A DNA stretch of 64,000 nucleotides from Alphaproteobacteria bacterium (GTDB lineage Bacteria; Pseudomonadota; Alphaproteobacteria; SHVW01): the NCBI GenBank assembly GCA_009694085.1, contig SHVW01000001.1:8164-72163 (forward strand), read 5' to 3'. The notes under the pieces are model-generated. The model was not told the origin of the DNA and did no database searches. It saw only the letters and a program-made list of their open reading frames with translations. Position 1 is the first letter of the stretch. Each line of letters starts with the position of its first letter. Of this stretch, positions 40,735-50,378 are shown piece by piece. The position numbers were made by a program, and so were the translations under genes.

Positions 40735-41712
40735 CTAGGCTGCTGAAGTCGCTGCAATTTTCGTAAATTTCTGCATCCGGCGCAATGGATTCGGTATGGG
40801 TTTGTCTGGGTAGAGCGAAGGCCACGCGGCCTCGGCTACTTCGCCGACATAGATATCGCCACGGGAATCGACTGCTATGCCGTGGGGAGATAGGAATTGC
40901 CCGGGGGCCGTGCCATCGGCCGGCAGACGATTGAGTCGCGCCACCAGCTTGCCCTTGAGATCGACGATGCTGAGGCGCGGGCCCAGATTGGGCATGCCGC
41001 GATTGACCGAGAGGTAGGGGCCGATCTCGCCGATATAGCAAAGCGGGCATTTGCCGCCGGTCATGAACAACCCGCTCGGCCGGTGCAGATTGTTCCACTG
41101 GGTCTCGAACTTACCCATGCCGTCGAACACCTGGACGCGATGGTTCTCACGATCGGCGACATAGACCCAACCGTCGGCGTCGCAGCAGATATTGTGGGGA
41201 ATGTTGAACTGGCCCTCATCGGTGCCGATCTCGCCCCAAGACATGACCAGCTTGCCATCGGGCGTGTATTTGTGGACCCGGGCATTACCATAACCGTCGG
41301 ACACGTAGATGTGGTTGTCCGGCGAGAGCGCCGTATGGGTGCAGCCGTTGAAGGGTTGGCCGCTGAGTTTGGGCGCGGGCTTGTTCGGCAAGCCGATTTC
41401 CAGCATTACGCGGCCATCCAACGTACATTTGCGGACGGTGTGGTTGCCGTCATCGGTGCAGTAAATGGTGTCGTCGGGCCCCATATGCACACCATGGGGC
41501 CGCTTGAACAGACCCTCGCCCCAGGACGACAGGAAATTGCCATCGCGGTCGAACACGATCATCGGATGCTCGCCGCGATTGAAGCAGTAAACGCGGTCTT
41601 TGCGGTCGACGCCGATAGCCGCGACATCGCCGAACCGCCAACCCTCGGGCAGCTTGGCCCAATCGTTATGGGCTTCGTAGGTATGGTCGCCACTGCCGAC
41701 GATAACTGGCAT
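40735..41712 (-). CDS. NHL-repeat six-bladed beta-propeller protein, cytoplasmic (no signal peptide).
   Basis: Repeated 'P.G.A.D..G..YV.D..N.R...F' NHL blades (e.g. 'HIYVSDGYGNARVHKY', 'WVYVADRENHRVQVFD'). The upstream part of the track ORF overlaps msrB antisense and is not coding. Confidence 0.6.
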   Translation of the reverse strand: MPVIVGSGDHTYEAHNDWAKLPEGWRFGDVAAIGVDRKDRVYCFNRGEHPMIVFDRDGNFLSSWGEGLFKRPHGVHMGPDDTIYCTDDGNHTVRKCTLDGRVMLEIGLPNKPAPKLSGQPFNGCTHTALSPDNHIYVSDGYGNARVHKYTPDGKLVMSWGEIGTDEGQFNIPHNICCDADGWVYVADRENHRVQVFDGMGKFETQWNNLHRPSGLFMTGGKCPLCYIGEIGPYLSVNRGMPNLGPRLSIVDLKGKLVARLNRLPADGTAPGQFLSPHGIAVDSRGDIYVGEVAEAAWPSLYPDKPIPNPLRRMQKFTKIAATSAA

Positions 41713-41874
41713 TTCATGCTCCGGTTCTGGCTTTGCTGAGGGAGCATGGCGCGGCGTGCGGGGCGCAGCAAGCGAGAAAGCGCGAAAGGGTAAAGCCCCG
41801 GACTCGGCCCGGCTCAACGTATCGTGACCCGTCCTGCGCTTGCACGGAAGCGTTGAGGCCTTCATATTCCCACC

Positions 41875-42279
41875 ATGGCAAACGACAAATCCCACCCCTT
41901 CAAGCTGACCGACGCCGAGTGGCGCGCGCGGCTTTCGCCCGAGCAGCATCGCGTGTTGCGCGGCCACGGCACCGAGCGCGCCGGGACCAGCCCGCTCGAC
42001 CGGGAAAAGCGCGCCGGCGCCTTCGCCTGCATGGGGTGCGGCCATCCCCTGTTCGATTCCGCGACCAAGTTCGATAGTGGGACCGGCTGGCCCAGTTTCT
42101 TCCAACCACTCGACGGCGGGACCGACACGACCAGCGACCGCAGCCTCTTCATGGTACGCACGGAAGTCCATTGCGCCAATTGCGGCGGCCATCTCGGCCA
42201 TGTCTTCGACGACGGACCCGCGCCGACGGGCTTGCGCTATTGCATGAATGGCGTCTCGCTGCGGTTTACGCCACGCTAA
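41875..42279 (+). CDS. msrB: Peptide-methionine (R)-S-oxide reductase MsrB.
   Basis: 'CMGCGHPLFDS...GWPSF' and 'HCANCGGHLGHVFDDGP' zinc and catalytic-Cys motifs. Confidence 0.85.
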   Translation: MANDKSHPFKLTDAEWRARLSPEQHRVLRGHGTERAGTSPLDREKRAGAFACMGCGHPLFDSATKFDSGTGWPSFFQPLDGGTDTTSDRSLFMVRTEVHCANCGGHLGHVFDDGPAPTGLRYCMNGVSLRFTPR

Positions 42280-42405
42280 GACGCGACTTGTCTCCATACA
42301 TATTATCGCTCGGCACAGCGTCTTCTTTAAAAAGGCGTGCGTCGATTTTGCGTTTGTCGTATGATGGGAACGCCACGGATTGAGGCGAACTCAGGGGTGC
42401 GACGA

Positions 42406-44448
42406 ATGGCCCTGGTCGAACGCGCGAGCGTCTGCACTTTCGATTGTCCCGACACCTGTAGCCTAACCGTTTCGGTCGACAACGACCGCCTGGTCAAAGT
42501 GCGCGGCTCCCATGCCGCGCCGTTCACCGATGGCGTGATCTGCAACAAGGTCGCACAAGACATGCCGGCCTTCGTCCATGGGCCGCAGCGCTTGTTGCAC
42601 CCGCTGCGCCGCACGGGGCCGAAGGGGTCGGGTTCGTTCGAAACGATCGCATGGTCTGCGGCCTTGGCCGAAATTCGCCAACGGGTCGGCCAAGTGATCG
42701 AGCGTTGGGGGCCGCAGGCGGTCATGCCAGTGAACTACGCCGGCCCACACGGCATGCTGTCGGGTGACAGCATGTCGGTGCGTTTCTTTCACAAGCTAGG
42801 CGCCACCTTAACGTATCGCCGGTCGCTATGCGGCGCCGTGCGAACGGAAGCGTGGGTTGGCACCTATGGCGCCGTGCCCGGCATCCCGCCAGAGCAGGCC
42901 GAGGATGCCAAGCTCAATATAATATGGGGCAACAATGCCACCGTCGCCAATCTGCATCTCGTGCGCAAGGTCCGGCGCTCGCTGCGCAAAGGCGGCAAGC
43001 TGATCGTCGTCGATCCCAAGCGCACCAAGATCGCCGAGCAAGCCAATCTCCATCTTGGCCTGCGGCCGGGAACCGACGTGCTCTTGGCCTGGGCGCTGGC
43101 GGTCGAACTGGAGCGGATGGGTGCCATCGATGGGAAATTCGTCGCGGCTAACGTGCATGGCTTCGACGAGTACATGAAGCGCGCGCGCGAATGGCCGGCC
43201 GAACGCGCGGCCGTCGAATGCGGCTTGAAGCTGGAGGATATTCGCACCTGCGCCGCCTGGATCGCTAAATCCGAACCCTTCGTGCTGTCGATCGGCAATG
43301 GGCTGGAGCGCTGCCGCACCGGCGGCAGCGGCATCCGCGCCGCCATCGCGCTGCCCGCGCTGACGGGCAAGCTGGGCGCGCGCGGCGGGATCGTGCTCGG
43401 CGCCGGCAATGCGTTTCCGAAAACGATGGCGAAGTTGCAGCGTCCCGATCTGGTGCCGCCGGGTACGCGGACGCTCGATCTCATCGATCTTGGCCGGCAT
43501 CTTGTGCGCGACGATGTCGATCCGCCGCTTCGCGCGCTGTTTATCTACAATCATAACCCCATCGTCGTGCATCCCGACCAGAACCGGGTGATCAAAGGCC
43601 TCAAGCGGGAAGACGTGTTCTCCGTCGGCATCGAAGTGGCGATGACGGAAAGCATGGAGCATTGCGACATCGTGCTGCCCGCCGCGACCCATTTCGAATG
43701 CGACGATCTCTATGCGGCTTACGGTCAGCATTGGCTGCAACGCGCCGAACCCGTGATGAAGCCGGTGGGCGAGGCGCTGCCGAATACCGAAATCTTCCGC
43801 CGCCTGGCCGATGTCTTCGGTTTCAAGGACGATTGCTTCAAGGCAAGCGATGCCCAATTGATGGATGAGGCCGTGGACCCCGCCGACCGCCGCATGGGCG
43901 GCATCAAGCCGAGCGAGATTTCAACGGATCAAGCGATACAGATGACGGCCGAAGACGGTCGCCCCTATGTGCTTTATGACAATGTGCGCCCGGCGACGCC
44001 GTCGGGAAAGATCGAGTTGGTATCCGAGGTTTTGGCCAAGCGCTGGGGGCAGGGGGCCTATTTGCCGGAATGGAAGCCGTTGAATTCGCCCTTTCCGCTT
44101 CATCTGATTACGCCGGCGTCGGATCGGCGTATCTCTTCTACCCTGGGCGGGCTTCATGCGGCCGAGGGCGCGCCGCCCTTATCGATGAACCCCGCCGACG
44201 CCAATCCGCGCGGCCTGAAGGACGGTCAGAAGGTGCGGATTTGGAATGGTCTGGGCGAAGTCGTCCTGCCGCTCGAGGTTTCGGATTCGGTGCCGCCCGG
44301 CGTGGTGGCGACGGAGAAAGGGGCATGGTTGTCGACCAGCCCTACCGGGCAAACCGTTTCCGCCCTGGTCTCGGCCGACGACCGGGCGGACCTCGCCGCC
44401 GGCGCCTGTTTCAATGACGCGCGGGTCGAGGTTGCGGGCGCCGCCTAG
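42406..44448 (+). CDS. Molybdopterin-dependent oxidoreductase of the MopB/DMSO-reductase superfamily, with an N-terminal [4Fe-4S] Cys motif.
   Basis: 'CTFDCPDTCSL' Cx3Cx3C at the N-terminus, molybdopterin-binding domains, and a C-terminal 'MopB_CT'-like barrel. Start is either the 42337 track start or the 42406 Met. No adjacent electron-transfer subunit. Confidence 0.65.
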   Translation: MALVERASVCTFDCPDTCSLTVSVDNDRLVKVRGSHAAPFTDGVICNKVAQDMPAFVHGPQRLLHPLRRTGPKGSGSFETIAWSAALAEIRQRVGQVIERWGPQAVMPVNYAGPHGMLSGDSMSVRFFHKLGATLTYRRSLCGAVRTEAWVGTYGAVPGIPPEQAEDAKLNIIWGNNATVANLHLVRKVRRSLRKGGKLIVVDPKRTKIAEQANLHLGLRPGTDVLLAWALAVELERMGAIDGKFVAANVHGFDEYMKRAREWPAERAAVECGLKLEDIRTCAAWIAKSEPFVLSIGNGLERCRTGGSGIRAAIALPALTGKLGARGGIVLGAGNAFPKTMAKLQRPDLVPPGTRTLDLIDLGRHLVRDDVDPPLRALFIYNHNPIVVHPDQNRVIKGLKREDVFSVGIEVAMTESMEHCDIVLPAATHFECDDLYAAYGQHWLQRAEPVMKPVGEALPNTEIFRRLADVFGFKDDCFKASDAQLMDEAVDPADRRMGGIKPSEISTDQAIQMTAEDGRPYVLYDNVRPATPSGKIELVSEVLAKRWGQGAYLPEWKPLNSPFPLHLITPASDRRISSTLGGLHAAEGAPPLSMNPADANPRGLKDGQKVRIWNGLGEVVLPLEVSDSVPPGVVATEKGAWLSTSPTGQTVSALVSADDRADLAAGACFNDARVEVAGAA

Positions 44449-44562
44449 GGTGGAACGCGGGCGCCGCCGGCCGGCGCGCCTGGTCGGGCGGCGTCGCGGC
44501 GGCGAAATTTGACAGCAAGAATCGGAGCGCGACCAGCAATACCGAACCTGACGGTAATTCGG

Positions 44563-45309
44563 TCATGCCGGTAGATGGCGCGGCAACGGAACATCGACAA
44601 TCGGCATGTCGCCGAAGCGTTCGTGACCTTCCTTGAGCGGCAACTCGCGGGCGACGATCAGTCCATCGGCCTGAACGCCATGGGTGGGGTCAAGCATCCG
44701 CCTTCCTCTAATGCCGGGTGGATCGAAGGTCCAGGACTGGAAGCCATGGATATAAAAATTCAATATGACGGCCGGCTTGTCGTCGGCACAGAACCAATGG
44801 GCGTTGCGCGCCACTTCCGTCGTTTCCATGCGGTCGCCCGGCTTGAACCAGCCGTCGCTACGCGTGCGTAACAGGATCTGATCGGGCGCCAATCGCGCCA
44901 CTCGATCCCATTCGCGCACATAGATGCGTCCGTGCAGGAGCACTTGGGTCGAAATCAGGTTGTGGTGATGATGCGGGGGATGCACTTCGCCTGGCTCCAG
45001 GTATAGGAGCTGCATGGTCCAAGCCTTCTTCGGCATGGTCTTCTGGTTGAGCACTTGGTCCTTGCGCTCAATGAGCGTGCGCTTGATCCAGGGCTTGAGT
45101 TCGGCTGCCATGTCGACGCTATGGTGCAGTGCGCGCACTTCGGCAATGTATTCGTCCGGCGTGATGGCATGGCGGTCCAGGCGTTCGATTAGGGCCTGGG
45201 CGTCCGACCACAGACGCTCGCGATAGATGTTCACGTCGGGCAAGGCCGCCCCAGCGCGGGAGTTCATCTTCACGATTTTGCCGGAGGCGGTCTTGATGGC
45301 GGCGCTCAT
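44563..45309 (-). CDS. Cupin-like protein (His-rich metal site), downstream partner of the Rieske oxygenase.
   Basis: 248 aa. 'LYLEPGEVHPPHHHHNLISTQVLLHGRIYV' is cupin-like. GAGGA RBS. Start taken at 'MSAAIKTAS'. Confidence 0.4.
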   Translation of the reverse strand: MSAAIKTASGKIVKMNSRAGAALPDVNIYRERLWSDAQALIERLDRHAITPDEYIAEVRALHHSVDMAAELKPWIKRTLIERKDQVLNQKTMPKKAWTMQLLYLEPGEVHPPHHHHNLISTQVLLHGRIYVREWDRVARLAPDQILLRTRSDGWFKPGDRMETTEVARNAHWFCADDKPAVILNFYIHGFQSWTFDPPGIRGRRMLDPTHGVQADGLIVARELPLKEGHERFGDMPIVDVPLPRHLPA

Positions 45310-45319
45310 GGTGTTGTCC

Positions 45320-46540
45320 TCAATGATTACTCGGCGCCGACATGACGTCGACCACCATGTTCTGGAAATGATGCACGTTCTTCTCCCAGACCGGTGAAAA
45401 CACGATCTGGTCGGCGACCGGCGACCGGCGTGCGATCTGCTGTTGCTCCCAGATTTCCATATCTTGGCTGCGGATACCACCGCGATCTCCGATCTGACCA
45501 GTGGGCCCAAGCCAGCGCGCAAGCGTCCGCTGGCGCTGCGCGGCAAAGGCTGGATCGGTCGCGGCATCGCCGACAAAGAAATAGCCCATCTTCGAGATCG
45601 TACGATCTGCCGCCAGCGGATCGGCGATGACGGAAGCGAGGTGATCGGATTGCAAAGTCAGCGTCATGTTGGGGAAGACCACGCTGGTGCAGCGCACGCG
45701 CTTCTTGCCCTCGGGGAAGGGAATCAGCGGCAAATTGCCGGCGCTGGGGTAGAAATCTTGGTCGCCGCGGCGCTTGAGCGTCACCACGGTGCCAAGCGGG
45801 ATCGGCTCGGCGATGGGTTCGCCGGTTTTCAGGTCGAGGTCGTCGGACATCTTGGTAAAGACGTTCTTGTGCACCCAGATATGATGATACGTCTCCCAAT
45901 TATCATTCTGCATTTTCCAATTGCCGCGCCATTCCCAATCCTCGCGGTGGCCGATGCGCGTGGCGCTGAGATCGGCGCCGTTGATTAGATCGTCCAATGG
46001 CCGGACATGCTCGGCAAAGGGTGCGGCATTGCCGTCGAGGTTGATGAACACCCAGTGATGCCAGACAGCCGCACGCACGGGGACCAGACCGAGTTTCGAC
46101 AGGTCGAGTGGGAGTTTGGAATGGCCATCCTTCGTGCCGTCGAAATAGGGCACTGCTTTAAGCCGTCCATCCAGGTCATAGGCCCAGGCGTGATAGGGGC
46201 AGGTGAATTGCTTCAACCCCTGGCACGGTTTGGTCACGATCATGGCCGCGCGATGCCGGCAGACATTGTGGAAAACCCGAATGTCGCCCTTCCGGTCGCG
46301 CACCAGGATGATGGGAATGCCCGCCGCCATCAGGGGAATGGCGTTGCCCGGTTGCGGCACGTCCGAGGCGAAGGCGATGCACATCCAGGTCCGGGGGAAG
46401 AGCCGCTTCTGCTCCAGTCGGAAAAACTCGTCGCTGGTATAGGCGGCCCCGGGCAGCCCGCTGGACTGTGCGATCGGGCGGCGTAAAGCGCTCAGTGCCT
46501 CGCGGCCTAGAATGTCTTCTACGGTGGTTGCGGCGCTCAT
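45320..46540 (-). CDS. Rieske [2Fe-2S] non-heme-iron oxygenase alpha subunit (no beta subunit nearby; GbcA/CntA-like stand-alone type).
   Basis: Rieske motif 'CRHRAAMIVTKPCQGLKQFTCPYHAW' (CxH...CxxH) and a catalytic-domain His pair ('HHIWVH'). Confidence 0.8.
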   Translation of the reverse strand: MSAATTVEDILGREALSALRRPIAQSSGLPGAAYTSDEFFRLEQKRLFPRTWMCIAFASDVPQPGNAIPLMAAGIPIILVRDRKGDIRVFHNVCRHRAAMIVTKPCQGLKQFTCPYHAWAYDLDGRLKAVPYFDGTKDGHSKLPLDLSKLGLVPVRAAVWHHWVFINLDGNAAPFAEHVRPLDDLINGADLSATRIGHREDWEWRGNWKMQNDNWETYHHIWVHKNVFTKMSDDLDLKTGEPIAEPIPLGTVVTLKRRGDQDFYPSAGNLPLIPFPEGKKRVRCTSVVFPNMTLTLQSDHLASVIADPLAADRTISKMGYFFVGDAATDPAFAAQRQRTLARWLGPTGQIGDRGGIRSQDMEIWEQQQIARRSPVADQIVFSPVWEKNVHHFQNMVVDVMSAPSNH

Positions 46541-46693
46541 CTACCTCTCCCGACCTGCTAGTCTAATATTATACAGATACTAACGGCGCGACAAAAAAAT
46601 TTACTCCCATTAAAGTCGTGAGAATGACAGGATAGTTTCTAGGCCGGTGCGGAGGGCTATCGGGAAGATGAGCGCGGCTGGGGAGCGGAGATT

Positions 46694-47548
46694 TTGAGAG
46701 CGCGCTGGCACCTTATCTTGGCGCCGTCTCTGGTGCTGTCACTGGCTCTGCTGCTGGCTTCGCAGTTCATTTTTCTGCGCGGCAGTTTCTTTAAAGATCT
46801 TCGGCTGGGCCGGTTGGGAACGGAGTTCACCCTTGAGAACTACGTTCGCTTTCTGACGGATTCGATTTACGTCGATAGCCTGATCCTGACCACCCGCCTG
46901 TCGGCCACGGTCGCCATTCTGACGCTCCTGCTCGCCTACCCCGTAGCCTACATTCTGGCGCGCATGACGTCGCGCTGGTCGATGGTGTTGTTGGCTGCCA
47001 TTGTTGCCGCGTCCTTCATTACCATCGTGATCAAGGTATTGGGATTGATTATTATCTTCTCCAGCGGCGGGGCACTCAATCAAACCCTGCTTTGGCTCGG
47101 TGTCGTGACCAAGCCGGTCACCATCGTGGGCCAGCCCAGCGGTGTGGTGGTCGGTCTCATGCACTTCACCATGGGTTTCGCCGTGCTGCTGCTTTATGGC
47201 GTGATCCGCACCATCCCGCGCTCGCTGGAGGATGCCGCGACCATCCATGGCGCTCAGCGCTGGCGCGTGTTCAAGCGGGTCATCGTTCCGCTCAGCTTGC
47301 CCGGTGTGATCGTGACCGCGTTGATCGTATTCAATCTCTGCATGGGAGCGTTCACCTCGGCGGCGCTGATCGGGGGCGGTAAGGTCTATACTTTGCCGGT
47401 GCTGATCCAGCAGACCGTGATCATGCAGACGCGCTATGCCATGGGTGCCACCATTTCGGCAGTGCTGATGGCGGTCACGCTGATAATCAATCTCGTTTCC
47501 ATCGCGATCGCGGCCTGGCTCGGTTCCGTTCGGAGATTGACCGCATGA
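46694..47548 (+). CDS. ABC transporter permease (PotB/PotH-like).
   Basis: 284 aa BPD-transport permease. Confidence 0.7.
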   Translation: MRARWHLILAPSLVLSLALLLASQFIFLRGSFFKDLRLGRLGTEFTLENYVRFLTDSIYVDSLILTTRLSATVAILTLLLAYPVAYILARMTSRWSMVLLAAIVAASFITIVIKVLGLIIIFSSGGALNQTLLWLGVVTKPVTIVGQPSGVVVGLMHFTMGFAVLLLYGVIRTIPRSLEDAATIHGAQRWRVFKRVIVPLSLPGVIVTALIVFNLCMGAFTSAALIGGGKVYTLPVLIQQTVIMQTRYAMGATISAVLMAVTLIINLVSIAIAAWLGSVRRLTA

Positions 47549-48381
47549 GTGCCCAGCTTAGCCGCTCGCTGCGCGGGATCGTCGGTGCTGCCTGGGTTGC
47601 CGGTATCTACGCGTTCTTGTTTGCGCCGTTGGTGGTCGTGGTCGGCGCATCTTTCGACGGCGGCGACCGAACCTTCCTGAATTTCCCGCCCAGCAACCTG
47701 TCGCTGCACTGGTATGGACGAATCGAGCCCGATCTTTTTCAGGCACTCGGCGTGAGCGTGGCACTCGGAACCACGGCGGCGCTGGCGGCGTGCTTGATCG
47801 GCGTACCGGCAGCGCTTGGCCTGGTGCGCGCGGAGTTTCGGGGCAAGGCCCTGGTCGCCGCGCTGTTTCGCGCACCGCTCCAGATACCGGCCGTGGTGAT
47901 CGGCGTGTCCTTCCTCAAACTTTACTATTTCGTCGGCGATGTTACCGGGCTCTATGCCGTCGGCTCGCTGCCCGGGTTGATCGTCGCCCATACTTTCTTG
48001 GCCTCGCCCTATGTCATCGGCTCGGTTTCCGCCGTTTTGCAGCGCTTCAATATGCGCCTTGAGGAGGCAGCGCTCAGCTTGGGCGCATCGCCCTGGACCA
48101 CGTTCCGGCGCGTTACGCTGCCGGTGATCATGCCCGGGGTTTATACCGGGGCCATGTATGCGTTCCTGGTCTCGTTCGGCGACGTGCCGGTCTCGCTGTT
48201 CCTGGGGGCGGGCAGCACGCAACCTTTCGCCGCGAAAATCTTTCATCTCATGGAGTTCGATTTCGACCCGTCGCTCCTTGCGATCGCCACCTTCATCATC
48301 TTCGGCTCGTTGGCGTTGATCTATGCGCTCCAGCGTGCCGTCGGCATGGAGGCGCTGATACGATCGGGCGGCAGCAGCTAG
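47545..48381 (+). CDS. ABC transporter permease (PotC/PotI-like).
   Basis: 4-nt overlap with the upstream permease. 278 aa. Confidence 0.7.
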   Translation: MSAQLSRSLRGIVGAAWVAGIYAFLFAPLVVVVGASFDGGDRTFLNFPPSNLSLHWYGRIEPDLFQALGVSVALGTTAALAACLIGVPAALGLVRAEFRGKALVAALFRAPLQIPAVVIGVSFLKLYYFVGDVTGLYAVGSLPGLIVAHTFLASPYVIGSVSAVLQRFNMRLEEAALSLGASPWTTFRRVTLPVIMPGVYTGAMYAFLVSFGDVPVSLFLGAGSTQPFAAKIFHLMEFDFDPSLLAIATFIIFGSLALIYALQRAVGMEALIRSGGSS

Positions 48382-48409
48382 CATCACAACAACCTCGGGG
48401 AGATACGAC

Positions 48410-49486
48410 ATGACAACGATGAAGAGACGAACCCTGATTGGCGGCCTCGCGCTCGGCGCGGCAGCCTTGGCGGTGTTACCTGCAACGGCGCAACAGCGCT
48501 TCGACGGCGTGACCGTGCGCGTTGCCACCTTCGGCGGCGGCTGGGATAAGGCGGTGCACAAATATGCCGGCTACAAGTTCGAGGAACTGGGCGGCAAGGT
48601 CGAGTACGTGACCGCCCCGCCGCGCGACAATCTGGCCAAGCTGATCGCCGCCAAGGGGCGGCCCGCGCCTTTCGACGTGGTCGAGATGGGCGATCTGACC
48701 TGGGTCGATACCTTCGATGCAGGCTTCCTCCAGAAGATCAATCTCGCCAACATCCCCAACACCAAGGATTTGTTGAAGACCCAGTACGACGAGTGGAAGG
48801 TGGCGAGCTGGATCACCCAGGAAGGCATCGTCGTCAATGTCGAGAAGTTCAAGGAAGCCGGCATTCCCATGCCGGAACGCTATCGCGACTTGCTCCACCC
48901 CAAGCTGGCGGGCAAGCTGGCCCTGATCGACATTACCCAGGCCGGGGCCTCGCAGCTTCTGGTCGGCGCCACCATGGATGCCGGTGGGACGCAGGAAAAC
49001 GTCGATCCCGGTTTGAAGTTCGTCAAAGACGCCAACCCGCTGCAATTCTGGAAGGTCGGGGCCCAAGTCGTTACCCTGATGAAGGCGAACGATATCTGGG
49101 CCGCCACCATGCATGCCGGATTCGCGGTTCAGATGAAACGCGCGGGGTTGCCCGTGACCTTCGTCCACCCCAAGATCGGCACCGACCGGCGCGGCCTGTT
49201 GAAAGAAGGTTGGCTCGGCGTCGTCAAGGGATCGCCGCAGCCGCGCGCGGCCGAATTCTTCATCAATGAATACATCTCTGCCGCCACCCAGCACGGCCTG
49301 GCGCTGGAGCGCGGCGTTGTGCCGGTCAACGGCGCGGCGCGCGCCAAGCTGATCGACGATCCCGTGTTGAAGGAGATGTTCCTGATCGCCGACAGCGACG
49401 TGGCCAAGATGGTGTCGGTCGACTTCAACAAGTTCAATTTGGACGAGGCGACTCAGAAATGGACGCGCATGGTGAGTTCGCGCTGA
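48410..49486 (+). CDS. ABC transporter substrate-binding protein, family 1 (PotD/PotF-like).
   Basis: Signal peptide and family-1 SBP fold. No ATPase gene in this unit. Confidence 0.7.
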   Translation: MTTMKRRTLIGGLALGAAALAVLPATAQQRFDGVTVRVATFGGGWDKAVHKYAGYKFEELGGKVEYVTAPPRDNLAKLIAAKGRPAPFDVVEMGDLTWVDTFDAGFLQKINLANIPNTKDLLKTQYDEWKVASWITQEGIVVNVEKFKEAGIPMPERYRDLLHPKLAGKLALIDITQAGASQLLVGATMDAGGTQENVDPGLKFVKDANPLQFWKVGAQVVTLMKANDIWAATMHAGFAVQMKRAGLPVTFVHPKIGTDRRGLLKEGWLGVVKGSPQPRAAEFFINEYISAATQHGLALERGVVPVNGAARAKLIDDPVLKEMFLIADSDVAKMVSVDFNKFNLDEATQKWTRMVSSR

Positions 49487-49492
49487 GCGGAC

Positions 49493-50035
49493 TTACCGCC
49501 GCATCAAAGCCTCGACTTCGGTTGGGCTGAGGCCGGCTTTGGGCGCGGCAACGGCGCGTCGCTCGTCGCCGGTGCGCGCAGCGTTCTTGCGCCGTCGGCG
49601 CTCCGGCCCTGTGAAACCGGCGGCGCGAATGAACGGGCGCGGGTGCTCGATGATCGAAACCAGGCGCCGATAAAGCGTCTGAGCGGAAACCGGCTTCGCC
49701 AGAAACTCGGTCGTGCCGGCGTCGCGCGCCTGCATGACGCGATAGGCCTCGGTGTGACCGGTCAGCATGACGATCGGCACGAACGGATTGGGGCTGTCCT
49801 TGGCTGTACGCACGAGCTTGGTGAAATCGTAGCCGTCGAGCGGCTCCATCATCCAGTCGCAGATGACGAAGTCGACCACGGACATGCGCATCTCGGTAAA
49901 GGCGTCGGCGCCATCGTCGGTTTCAATAATGCGTGCCATGCCGAAACCGCGCAGTATCTGGGTTGCGACCGTGCGCATGTGCCGGTTGCTGTCGGCGACG
50001 AGGACGGTGAGGCGGCTGAAATTATATGCGGTCAC
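49493..50035 (-). CDS. Response regulator with a CheY-like receiver domain and a short basic C-terminal tail.
   Basis: 'VLVADSNRHMRTV', 'VICDWMMEPLDGYDF' (phospho-acceptor Asp) and 'KPV' are receiver motifs. Confidence 0.7.
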   Translation of the reverse strand: MTAYNFSRLTVLVADSNRHMRTVATQILRGFGMARIIETDDGADAFTEMRMSVVDFVICDWMMEPLDGYDFTKLVRTAKDSPNPFVPIVMLTGHTEAYRVMQARDAGTTEFLAKPVSAQTLYRRLVSIIEHPRPFIRAAGFTGPERRRRKNAARTGDERRAVAAPKAGLSPTEVEALMRR

Positions 50036-50086
50036 GGATCGGCCACGGGGCTGGGGTCATGAAGCCAGGCTCACTATGCACGGCGT

Positions 50087-50105
50087 TGGTTAACCAGAGG
50101 TTAAC
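50087..50105. promoter_or_regulatory. Tandem palindromic GGTTAACC boxes with 11-bp spacing, ~50-70 bp upstream of the response-regulator start codon. Candidate operator.
   Basis: GGTTAACCagaGGTTAACC read directly from the sequence. A second perfect 12-bp palindrome, TGATCTAGATCA, lies at ~50136-50147. Confidence 0.3.
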
Positions 50106-50210
50106 CGGCCAGAGCGACCTGGCTATGGCCATTCATTGATCTAGATCATCGACAGCCGTAGTCGGGGTCGTAATCCTGGTGTCCGTGATCGTGAAACGGA
50201 GTGGCACATC

Positions 50211-50378
50211 ATGGATGAACTTTACCCGTTGTTTGCCGTTATGATCGTTACTGTGGCAGTTCTGTTCGGGTTGATGGGCTTTTTCCGCCGTTGGGTGAAC
50301 CAACGCGACAGGCTGCTGTCGGTTTCATCCCAACCCGCTTCGACTTTGTCGCGACCGAGCCACCGTCAGGCCGCGTAG
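50211..50378 (+). CDS. Possible small single-TM membrane peptide (55 aa). Not in the >=60-aa ORF track.
   Basis: ATG with an ACGGAG RBS-like sequence ~10 nt upstream. 'LYPLFAVMIVTVAVLFGLMGFF' is a predicted TM helix. Codon usage is T/A-ending-rich (GTT, TTG, TTT, ACT), atypical for this genome. Confidence 0.3.
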   Translation: MDELYPLFAVMIVTVAVLFGLMGFFRRWVNQRDRLLSVSSQPASTLSRPSHRQAA

